Positions 56,428 to 64,000 of a stretch of 64,000 nucleotides of DNA are shown one piece after another. The position numbers and the translations under genes are program-made. A model generated the notes under the pieces. It saw nothing but the letters and a program-made list of their open reading frames with translations, did not search any database and had not been told where the DNA came from. The first letter of the stretch is position 1; every line of letters begins with the position of its first letter. Origin of the DNA: Candidatus Nealsonbacteria bacterium (GTDB lineage: Bacteria; Patescibacteriota; Minisyncoccia; Minisyncoccales; MHMH01); NCBI GenBank assembly GCA_016188865.1, contig JACPGX010000002.1, positions 2,398 through 66,397 on the forward strand, given 5' to 3'.

Positions 56428-57000
56428 TCAAATTCCGATAATTTTAAAAGCCTCGCTGGCCCTCGTCTCCACCGCCCCCCTTAATTCGTGATGCTTTATA
56501 TCATGCAAATGCAAAAATTTATCAATTCGATTGGAAATTTCTTCTATTTTGTCGGTATAAAGACGAACGCCGTCTTTTTCTGCGGGAATTTCCGGCGGAA
56601 GAAAAAACACGAAATCGTAGCTGTTTATATCGCCTTTAATCTCCTGCCAGAGTTTATTTTCAATCTTTTTCAGTATCTCTGCTTCTCTTTTATCAATAAC
56701 ACCGTCATTTAAAAAATGAAAGTAAACATGGGAAAGAAAAGCCGGCACATCGCAAACAACAAATTCAGGATTACTGCTACAAGCAGTTTTCTCTTTTTCT
56801 TTTTGCCCCTTAACTATTAAAAGCTGATCTTCCGGGCCTTTTATGCCTCCTTTCTCAACGATAAAATCTCTGGCAAACTCGCTCACAAATTCGGCCGTAT
56901 AATTTTTCTTTGCTAATTCCTCCGTCAAATATTTAGCCAAGGTGCTTTTTCCAGTGCTGGGCCCGCCTACAAAACAAATTTTCTTCGGCTTTGCATCCAT
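56428..57000 (-). CDS. NadR/AAA_28-like P-loop kinase
   Basis: GGPSTGKST, EFARD, DGVR. Confidence 0.75.
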   Translation of the reverse strand: MDAKPKKICFVGGPSTGKSTLAKYLTEELAKKNYTAEFVSEFARDFIVEKGGIKGPEDQLLIVKGQKEKEKTACSSNPEFVVCDVPAFLSHVYFHFLNDGVIDKREAEILKKIENKLWQEIKGDINSYDFVFFLPPEIPAEKDGVRLYTDKIEEISNRIDKFLHLHDIKHHELRGAVETRASEAFKIIGI

Positions 57001-57049
57001 TACTTTATTCTAACAAAAAAAGCCGCCATAAGCGACCGCCGAAATATCC

Positions 57050-57093
57050 GGAGATCCGATCTCCTCTCAAATTTGAGTGGAGATCGGATCTCC
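57050..57093. repeat. Palindromic element, same family, intergenic
   Basis: GGAGATCCGATCTCCTCTCAAATTTGAGTGGAGATCGGATCTCC. Confidence 0.9.
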
Positions 57094-57099
57094 CGAATA

Positions 57100-58044
57100 T
57101 TAAATTCGTTTTACTCTGATTAGTCCTGAACAGGGAATAATTTCAATGCCCTGTTTTTCTAATTCATCTAAAAATAGATTCACTCCGATAGAATCTGAAG
57201 AAATGTGTCCGGCAATAACAATATTAATATTGGCGGTTTCCGCTTCTTTTTTATGTTCTTCGGAAACATGCATGCCAACTACGGTGCCGATGCCCGCCTG
57301 CGCCATTTTTTCATAAAGCTTGGGCGAGCCCTCTGTGCCGCCGGTAAGTTCGGTTAAGGCTATTTTTCCGCAACGGCTTTCCGGAGAACCAACAAAAATC
57401 TTGGGGCCTGCCCCGATTCTCATAGCCTCTTTATATTCCGGGACTTCTTTAAGTAATTTCATCAAATCATCGATTCTTTCCACTTTTGCCGAATCGATTT
57501 TATCTTTTAAAAATTTGGCTACTAAATTATCGCAAGGAGTGTGGGCATTCATCAAATTAAAACCTAAAAGTTTGGCGGCGTCTACCGTTCTTTGATGATT
57601 TTTAGCGTTAATTCCTCTGGCTACTTCTGATATCTTTTCCCGCATCAAACCCTCGGCCACATTTATCGGCACGCCGTATAAACTGAAAATTTCGCACTGC
57701 ATATCCATCACCTCGTGAAGATTGGCCAGCCCCTTGCCCAAAGGATGATGGGCGATAATCAAATCAATGCCGCCCAATTCTTTGGCAATCAAAATTTCAG
57801 CCGGCTCAATATCTATGCCAACCAAAACTTTTTTAATTTCTTTGTCATCGGCAATATTATAAATCCTGGAGTCCAAATAGGGATTTTCCAATGCTTCTTT
57901 GTCAAATTCTTCTTTTTTTGCTGCAGCTAGATTGTCATATTGCTCCTTTTTTCTGCTTAAAAGTTTCTCTACGGCTTCTCTTCCCCGCAAATCAGAATCA
58001 ATGCCCATTTTTATCGCCAAATTGTATATGTCTTGTGTTCGCAT
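57100..58044 (-). CDS. NIF3-like metal-binding protein
   Basis: NPY.DSR, AHHP, HTP.DN, GGTEG, GHISSDSIG. Confidence 0.75.
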   Translation of the reverse strand: MRTQDIYNLAIKMGIDSDLRGREAVEKLLSRKKEQYDNLAAAKKEEFDKEALENPYLDSRIYNIADDKEIKKVLVGIDIEPAEILIAKELGGIDLIIAHHPLGKGLANLHEVMDMQCEIFSLYGVPINVAEGLMREKISEVARGINAKNHQRTVDAAKLLGFNLMNAHTPCDNLVAKFLKDKIDSAKVERIDDLMKLLKEVPEYKEAMRIGAGPKIFVGSPESRCGKIALTELTGGTEGSPKLYEKMAQAGIGTVVGMHVSEEHKKEAETANINIVIAGHISSDSIGVNLFLDELEKQGIEIIPCSGLIRVKRI

Positions 58045-58048
58045 AATT

Positions 58049-59494
58049 TTATTCTCCTTTGATGACGGCTAATGGCACTAATCTTGCCACTTTCTTGGAT
58101 AGTCCTGCATTATGGACGACATCCACTACGCTGTCAACATCTTTATACGCTAAAGGTGCTTCTTCGGCAATGCCCCGATAACTCCAGTATTTTACGATAA
58201 TGCCTTTTTTCTCCAATTCTTTAACTACTTGTTCTCCCGATACACGCCTCATTGCTTCATGCCGCGACATCATGCGGCCAGCGCCATGGCAAGAAGAAAA
58301 CCAAGAATCTTTGCCCGAATCCTGACCGACCAATATATAAGAAGCGGTGCCCATGGAGCCCGGTATTAAAACCGGCTGGCCAACCGACTGATATTTCAGG
58401 GGAATTTCTGGATGCCCGGGTGGAAAAGCACGAGTAGCGCCTTTCCTGTGAACTATTAATTTTATATTTTGACCGCTGATATTATGCTCTTCAATTTTAG
58501 CTATATTATGCGCAACATCATAGAGCGAAATGAGTCGAGAACCGTTCTCGCCCAAGATTGATTCCCAAGCCTTGCGCACAAAGTGGGTAATCATCTGACG
58601 ATTGGCCCAAGCGTAGTTCGCTCCGGCGCACATTGCAGAAAAATATCTTTTACCTTCAAGAGAATTAATGGGGCAAGCGGCTAATTCCCTATCGGGCAAT
58701 CTAATGCCGTATTTTGGCATAGCTTGCATCATCACTCTAATGTAATCGGTGGCAATTTGATGACCCAGGCCCCGAGAGCCGGTATGAATCATTACAACGA
58801 CCTGATCTTTAAATAATCCGAAAACTTCGGCAACTTTTTCATCAAAAATTTCTTCAACTTTTTGAACTTCCGAAAAATGATTTCCGGAGCCTAGGGTGCC
58901 TACCTGGTCTCTCCCGCGATTTTTAGCATGATCGGAAACCAAAGAAGCATCGGCTTGAAGCAGTTGACCGCTTGACTCGCAATTTTCCAAATCTTCAGAT
59001 TGACCATAGCCTTGCTCCACTACTCTTTTGGCTCCGCCTTCTAAAATTTTATCCACCTCGGCAATACTTAATTTTATCTGCCTTCCCTTGCCTAAACCCG
59101 AGGGCACTTCTTTTTGAATTTCCGTGGCAATTTTATCTAAATGAGGCCTTAAATCTTTCTCGGAATAATCTGATTTTAAAAGCTTCATCCCACAGTTGAT
59201 ATCGTAGCCGACTCCGCCGGGTGAAATCACACCATCGGCTGTCCGCATTGCCGCTACGCCTCCAATGGGAAATCCATAGCCTTCGTGCATATCGGGCATA
59301 GCCATTGAATAATTTACCACTCCGGGCAAGGTGGCGACGTTTATTAATTGTTCGAGTGATCTGTCTTTAAAAGTGTCCTCCAGCATTTCTTCCGAGATAT
59401 AAGCTCGAGCCGGCACTTTCATGTCTGGCCTGAAACCCCTTGGTATCTCCCATAGCCAATCTGTATTTTTTTTAAAATCTTTTTTATTCAACAT
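58049..59494 (-). CDS. rtcB: RNA-splicing ligase RtcB
   Basis: MPD.HEGYGFPIGG, GVGYDINCG, GTLGSGNHF, HRKGAT, HGAGR. Confidence 0.95.
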   Translation of the reverse strand: MLNKKDFKKNTDWLWEIPRGFRPDMKVPARAYISEEMLEDTFKDRSLEQLINVATLPGVVNYSMAMPDMHEGYGFPIGGVAAMRTADGVISPGGVGYDINCGMKLLKSDYSEKDLRPHLDKIATEIQKEVPSGLGKGRQIKLSIAEVDKILEGGAKRVVEQGYGQSEDLENCESSGQLLQADASLVSDHAKNRGRDQVGTLGSGNHFSEVQKVEEIFDEKVAEVFGLFKDQVVVMIHTGSRGLGHQIATDYIRVMMQAMPKYGIRLPDRELAACPINSLEGKRYFSAMCAGANYAWANRQMITHFVRKAWESILGENGSRLISLYDVAHNIAKIEEHNISGQNIKLIVHRKGATRAFPPGHPEIPLKYQSVGQPVLIPGSMGTASYILVGQDSGKDSWFSSCHGAGRMMSRHEAMRRVSGEQVVKELEKKGIIVKYWSYRGIAEEAPLAYKDVDSVVDVVHNAGLSKKVARLVPLAVIKGE

Positions 59495-59556
59495 ATTAAA
59501 TTTTTATCATCTTATTATTAGATTAACATAAAGGTTTCCAAAACAAAAAGTCTCGC

Positions 59557-60948
59557 TTATGGCGAGACTTTTATTTGCATCTTTGGCTTCCAATAGCCGA
59601 TTTTAAATAAAACAATCAGGCTCAAGCCATAAAAAATCATACCGATTAGAATGGCAATCCACACGCCATTAATTCCTAATCCCCAGTATTTAGGGAGAAG
59701 AAATGCCAGCCCCAGCTGAAGTACTATCGCAATCCAATAAATTAGCATGGGCGTCTTAGTGTCCTTGGCGCCGGCAAAAGCTCTTTGTAAAATTTGTCCT
59801 GCGGCAAAAAAAACATAACCCAAACCACAAAGAGTGGTAATGCGAAAATAAGTAATGCCAATAGTTAAAATTTCCCGATCCTTGCTAAAAATGCCGATAA
59901 TCTGACCGGCAAAGATAAAAAATATTAAGCCCAAAATCCCCAAAATTCCGACATTAATTCCAGAAATTATCCAACCGCTTTTTTCTGCCCGCCTAATATC
60001 TCCGACTCCAAGATTATTTGAAACGGTAATTGCAGTAGTTTTACCAAAATCCACCCCCAGCATAGAAGCATAACCTAAAAATCGTTGGCCAATCGAAGAA
60101 GCGGTAAGAACCTGCGTCCCAAAAGACGCAACGATAGCCAGCATAGCCATGCCGGCGATCGTTCTGGTTAACCCCTCTAACGTATCAAAGCCGGCAATCG
60201 CAATAATTTCTTTTATCGTCTTGAATTTAATCTTGAAATCACGCCACTTCCTGAGGTCAATCTTAATAAAAAGCCTGCCGCTTGCCAGCATAAAAAATCC
60301 AATCAAAGCGCCGATTGTCGTTGCGCCAGCTAAACTTAGTCCGGCTCCCACCACTCCCATTTCGGGAAATCCTAAATTGCCGGAAATTAACAAAGAATCG
60401 AAAACACTGCGTAAAACAAAAATCAAGCCCGTAAAAACCGCTGGCCTTAACATATCTCTAGTAGATCTAATCATGTCACCAATCGGCCAAAACAGGAAAG
60501 AAATTACGCCACCGATTAAATTGATCCTTAAGTAACTTACGGCAAGAGAGCTTACTTCCGATTCTGCCCCAAAAAATCGTATCAGAATTGGAGCAAAAAA
60601 ATATCCAAAAATTGCCAATAAAACAGAGGTGAAAAAGGTAAAGGCTAAAATTTGCTTGACTAGCCTATCTAAACCGGGCTGATCCGCCCGATTAAAACTC
60701 CCCACTAAGCCAACTGTCGCCGTAATAATCCCCACAATCGGCACCATCATCACCATAAGGGAAATCTCCCCGATGGCTACTGCGGCGATAGCCCTCTCGC
60801 CGATCTTCGATAACCAAAAAAGATTGAGCAAATTAACAACAATCCCGAGGCCTGTCACGATCCACAAAGTGGCGGTCATCGACAGGGCATTTTTGAAAAT
60901 GCTCCCCTGGGTCGGATCTCTTTCCCTAAAAATATTAGGGATATTCAT
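59557..60948 (-). CDS. MATE family efflux transporter
   Basis: About 12 TMs; YLRI, FPEMGVVGA, GAKDTKTPM, GINGVW. Confidence 0.9.
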   Translation of the reverse strand: MNIPNIFRERDPTQGSIFKNALSMTATLWIVTGLGIVVNLLNLFWLSKIGERAIAAVAIGEISLMVMMVPIVGIITATVGLVGSFNRADQPGLDRLVKQILAFTFFTSVLLAIFGYFFAPILIRFFGAESEVSSLAVSYLRINLIGGVISFLFWPIGDMIRSTRDMLRPAVFTGLIFVLRSVFDSLLISGNLGFPEMGVVGAGLSLAGATTIGALIGFFMLASGRLFIKIDLRKWRDFKIKFKTIKEIIAIAGFDTLEGLTRTIAGMAMLAIVASFGTQVLTASSIGQRFLGYASMLGVDFGKTTAITVSNNLGVGDIRRAEKSGWIISGINVGILGILGLIFFIFAGQIIGIFSKDREILTIGITYFRITTLCGLGYVFFAAGQILQRAFAGAKDTKTPMLIYWIAIVLQLGLAFLLPKYWGLGINGVWIAILIGMIFYGLSLIVLFKIGYWKPKMQIKVSP

Positions 60949-60990
60949 TCGACTCGCCTCCAATTTAAGTTGTTTTCAATGAACTATATA

Positions 60991-61398
60991 TCAAACATCA
61001 AATAGCACGGTTGCTTCAAAAAGTCCATCTTTATTTTTACGAATATCTAATCCGTGATAAGTGACGGCCTTGATATCTTCGCCGAATATATCAACTTTAT
61101 GACCGGAGAGCCCGGCCTCCAATCCCGTATCAGAGAATTTCTTGAATTTTATTTTATCGTAAACCTCTTTGTTCGTTTGAATCAAATACAAAATCTCGTT
61201 CAAAAAATCCACCAACAACGCATTTAAATCCAATGATTTTACTTTGATGTTTCGGATTTCGGATTTCGTGCTTCGGATTTCCGGCCGAAGGCCGGCTATC
61301 ATTCCCAGCATCGCATTCAAAAACAGCTCTTCTTTGGTTTTAGCCCAAACCCTAATCTTAAAATCTCCTGTATGTTCTAAAACTGCATACTGCTTCAT
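60991..61398 (-). CDS. Archease
   Basis: EHTGD, IKAVTYH, VLFDV. Confidence 0.92.
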   Translation of the reverse strand: MKQYAVLEHTGDFKIRVWAKTKEELFLNAMLGMIAGLRPEIRSTKSEIRNIKVKSLDLNALLVDFLNEILYLIQTNKEVYDKIKFKKFSDTGLEAGLSGHKVDIFGEDIKAVTYHGLDIRKNKDGLFEATVLFDV

Positions 61399-61469
61399 AT
61401 ATTTTTATGTTATCAATTGCTGTTATTGACATCAAGCTGAATTAAGTTAATCTCTAAATAACGAGGGAG

Positions 61470-61961
61470 GTGATCATTGAAATGATGGATAAAGAATCTT
61501 TAAGAAAACAATTTACGGAGAGAGAGCCGTTTGCTCGATTGCTTAAGATAAGACTCTTGAATTTAATTGATGGCCGCGCCGAAATGGAGCTTCTCGTCAC
61601 GTCTCGTTTATTAAACGCGAACAACGTGGTTATGGGCGGGGTGATAGTCGTCTTAGCGGATATGGCAGCACCCTACGCAGCGATGACTTTACTCAATAAT
61701 GACGAAGTGCTCGCAACAATTCGGGCAAGTGTAAAATTTATCAAGCCAATAATACTCCAAGATAATGGATTAATAGCAATAGCATTAGCTGGAAAACTCA
61801 AACTTGAAAAAGATGACAAACAGCGAATCCAAAAAATAATAGATGTTAAAGTAGAAATTATTTCCAAAAAAACTAATGCCCAAAAAGCTCTTTATGGGGG
61901 AACTTTCTTGGTTTTACCTAAACTCATAATGAAAAAAATTATCGAGCGAGAACAGAGTTAA
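61470..61961 (+). CDS. PaaI family thioesterase
   Basis: PFARLL, N.NNVVMGG....LAD hotdog motif. Confidence 0.8.
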   Translation: MIIEMMDKESLRKQFTEREPFARLLKIRLLNLIDGRAEMELLVTSRLLNANNVVMGGVIVVLADMAAPYAAMTLLNNDEVLATIRASVKFIKPIILQDNGLIAIALAGKLKLEKDDKQRIQKIIDVKVEIISKKTNAQKALYGGTFLVLPKLIMKKIIEREQS

Positions 61962-61994
61962 TATAAAAAGGTGACGAAATCGTCACCTTTTTTA
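61960..61994. terminator. Bidirectional terminator-like hairpin, copy 1
   Basis: AAAAAGGTGACG-AAAT-CGTCACCTTTTT. Confidence 0.8.
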
Positions 61995-62025
61995 TTCCAA
62001 AATCTGCCAAAAAATTAAATATCTA

Positions 62026-62067
62026 AATAACGTACAATTCAAACCATGGTTTCAATCTTACGTTATT
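62026..62067. repeat. Palindromic 34-bp site with extended arms at the 3' end of PaaX-like gene 2
   Basis: AATAACGTA-CAATTCAA-ACCATGGT-TTCAATCT-TACGTTATT. Confidence 0.85.
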
Positions 62068-62635
62068 GTATTTTGAAAATTTTTCTTAGGGGACTGTCGT
62101 CTCCCATGTTTTCGGCGGTAATTAAGCGAATCTCCTTTTCGCTCAAGCCGAAAAAATCTCTCAGGAGGTCTATCTCATCCTTACAGGGATAGGGGTGGAC
62201 CCAAACACTTTTTTGAAGAGGACAAAAACCCAATTCTTTCAATTTACCCCTGAAGGCATTGCGTTGCAGATTTTTAAGCTGGGCGATGTCAAAAATTACT
62301 ATTCTCCATTTCTTGTCCCATTTTTTAGGTTTATTGATTTTCAGGCTATCAATCTGGAATATTTCCGCTATCTTTTTTCCTCTATCGGTTAGAGAAATAT
62401 AAATTTGGTGGTTCCTTTCTTTTGCAATAATACACCCCTGCTTTTTAAGATTATAAAAGGCGTCGTAAACTTTTTTTCTTTTATATTCTGGCTTCTTCAA
62501 ATTCTTCACCAAATTAATAGTGAAATATGGGGAGCCAGCTGCGATACAAACCGCGCCAGCTGCTGCCAGCCCCTTTAAAATATCTTTGGCAATCTCCGAC
62601 CTTGGTTTTGCAAAATAATATTTATATTTACTCAT
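62063..62635 (-). CDS. PaaX-like regulator (wHTH plus Cas2/VapD-like domain), copy 2
   Basis: 190-aa paralog of 23197..23769. Confidence 0.8.
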   Translation of the reverse strand: MSKYKYYFAKPRSEIAKDILKGLAAAGAVCIAAGSPYFTINLVKNLKKPEYKRKKVYDAFYNLKKQGCIIAKERNHQIYISLTDRGKKIAEIFQIDSLKINKPKKWDKKWRIVIFDIAQLKNLQRNAFRGKLKELGFCPLQKSVWVHPYPCKDEIDLLRDFFGLSEKEIRLITAENMGDDSPLRKIFKIQ

Positions 62636-62665
62636 ATTTAATAATTATAACACAATGGCATGACG

Positions 62666-62699
62666 ACGTAAATTTGCAACCATGGTGTGAATTGTACGT
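62666..62699. repeat. 34-bp site upstream of PaaX-like gene 2
   Basis: ACGTA-AATTTGCA-ACCATGGT-GTGAATTG-TACGT. Confidence 0.85.
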
Positions 62700-62701
62700 T
62701 A

Positions 62702-62736
62702 AATATAAAAAGGTGACGATTTCGTCACCTTTTTTA
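62702..62736. terminator. Bidirectional terminator-like hairpin, copy 2
   Basis: AAAAAGGTGACG-ATTT-CGTCACCTTTTT. Confidence 0.8.
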
Positions 62737-62738
62737 AT

Positions 62739-63587
62739 TTATGATTGATTAATTTTTCTTATTCTTTCAAGATAACCCTCTCTTTCTGGCGCCCTGTAAA
62801 TAATTCCGTAATATGGCCTTTCTTTCAAAGCGACTTCCACCAGCTTTCTGGCCAAATCTTTATTGCCGGGATCATGAAGCCACTTTTCGCCATTGGGCAG
62901 CTCAATTATTTCTCCTTCTTTGAGATAGCAGCAATTTTGCTTTAAGTGAGAAATCCAATCCCCTTCCTGAAAAGAAACGCACTGGCTTTGCACATTAACG
63001 AAAGAAAAACCCTTATACGTTATCGCCGCTTTAAGTATTCCCACCAAATGCGGCACATTGGTAGCCAACCCCTGCGCAAGGAAACCCGTGCCGAATGTCA
63101 ACATATCCAGCAACGGGTCAACCGGCGGATTCAAACTATGGGAAGTTAAAATATCTTCCTTGTAGGGAGTAGTCGGGCTTGTCTGGCCTTTAGTCATGGC
63201 GTAAACCTGATTATCAAGCATGATGCAGGCAATATCAACATTTCTTCTGACTGCATGCGGCAAATGCTCAGTGCCGATGCTGAATAAATCCCCGTCTCCG
63301 CCGATAGCCAACACCGTCAAATCCAACCCCAAGCTCTCTGCGGCAAGTTTTGCTCCCTGGCTGATAGGCAAAGCCCTCCCGTGAATCCCGTTAATGCCGT
63401 AAGTTTTCAAATAACCCACTACCCTGGAAGAGCAGCCAATGCCGGTAGCAACAAATAGTTTATGGTTGGGAATTTTAAGTTCGGAAAATGTTCTAGCTAA
63501 GGCGCTTAGGAAGCCGTAGTCTCCGCAGCCCGGGCACCAAATAGGCTTCAGCTCATTGAGATAGCATTTGGGATCGCACTCTGTCAT
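62739..63587 (-). CDS. 2-oxoacid:ferredoxin oxidoreductase beta subunit
   Basis: WCPGCGD, GIGCS, HGRA, GGDGD, DNQVYAMTKGQTSPT. Confidence 0.92.
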   Translation of the reverse strand: MTECDPKCYLNELKPIWCPGCGDYGFLSALARTFSELKIPNHKLFVATGIGCSSRVVGYLKTYGINGIHGRALPISQGAKLAAESLGLDLTVLAIGGDGDLFSIGTEHLPHAVRRNVDIACIMLDNQVYAMTKGQTSPTTPYKEDILTSHSLNPPVDPLLDMLTFGTGFLAQGLATNVPHLVGILKAAITYKGFSFVNVQSQCVSFQEGDWISHLKQNCCYLKEGEIIELPNGEKWLHDPGNKDLARKLVEVALKERPYYGIIYRAPEREGYLERIRKINQS

Positions 63588-64000
63588 CTTAGCGCCTCCT
63601 CAAAAAAATCCACCATCTCTTTCCTGGACCAAGGCCTTCCGCCAGCTCGCTTCAGGGGATAAATCTTTTTCGGAAAATCAAAGTAGCGTCTCAAATATCT
63701 GCGGTACTGGCCTGAATAATTCATTTCAACAATGATAAGTTTTTGCAGGCCCTTTAGAAATTGGCCAATCGCATTTATCGGTATAGGCGCTATAATCTCC
63801 GGGATGCAAACCTTAATTTTATTTTCCAGGCCCATGCTCTTTATGGCGCCCAACGATGCCTCACCGGAAGACCCCCAGGAAATTAAGCCGATTTTTGCTT
63901 TTTCTGGACCAAAAATCTTTACCAAATCGCTGCGATCTCTTAGGGGGTCGAGTTTTTTGGTAATCTTTTCCTGCATCTTTTGGTGCCACTCCGAAGAATT
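63584..64000 (-). CDS. 2-oxoacid:ferredoxin oxidoreductase alpha subunit, C-terminal part (runs off the window)
   Basis: ISWGSS, VEMNYSGQ, GRP motifs; upstream of the beta subunit. Confidence 0.85.
   Translation of the reverse strand, partial: NSSEWHQKMQEKITKKLDPLRDRSDLVKIFGPEKAKIGLISWGSSGEASLGAIKSMGLENKIKVCIPEIIAPIPINAIGQFLKGLQKLIIVEMNYSGQYRRYLRRYFDFPKKIYPLKRAGGRPWSRKEMVDFFEEALR

Overview
A 64-kb chromosomal segment of an AT-rich bacterium with compact genes, most likely CPR/Patescibacteria (Parcubacteria, Nealsonbacteria-like). That assignment is inferred from gene families and organisation, not from a marker phylogeny. It uses the standard code (TGA is a stop). The backbone is housekeeping: metG, glyQS, ileS, argS, tgt, rsmI, recO, smpB-ssrA, infC-rpmI-rplT, polX, Elp3, rtcB/archease, tRNA-Arg(CCG) and nucleoside salvage genes. 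Metabolic genes unusual for CPR are present: a glycine reductase cluster with a UGA-selenocysteine GrdA, tdh-kbl, hbd, an acyl-CoA dehydrogenase and a 2-oxoacid:ferredoxin oxidoreductase. The best candidates for undescribed systems are two. (1) A 5.8-kb locus where four unrelated small proteins share a C-terminal double-NPW tail, next to an HExxH-vWA protein, a MoxR AAA+ ATPase and a duplicated adaptor-like domain. (2) Two PaaX/Cas2-like genes, each bracketed by paired 34-bp ACGTA-N8-ACCATGGT-N8-TACGT sites. Also notable are a PurF with two N-terminal segments swapped, palindromic and 7/8-mer repeats lying in frame in core genes, boxA-like leaders before accessory genes, and a tmRNA overlapping the smpB stop codon. 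All product calls come from motif recognition by eye.
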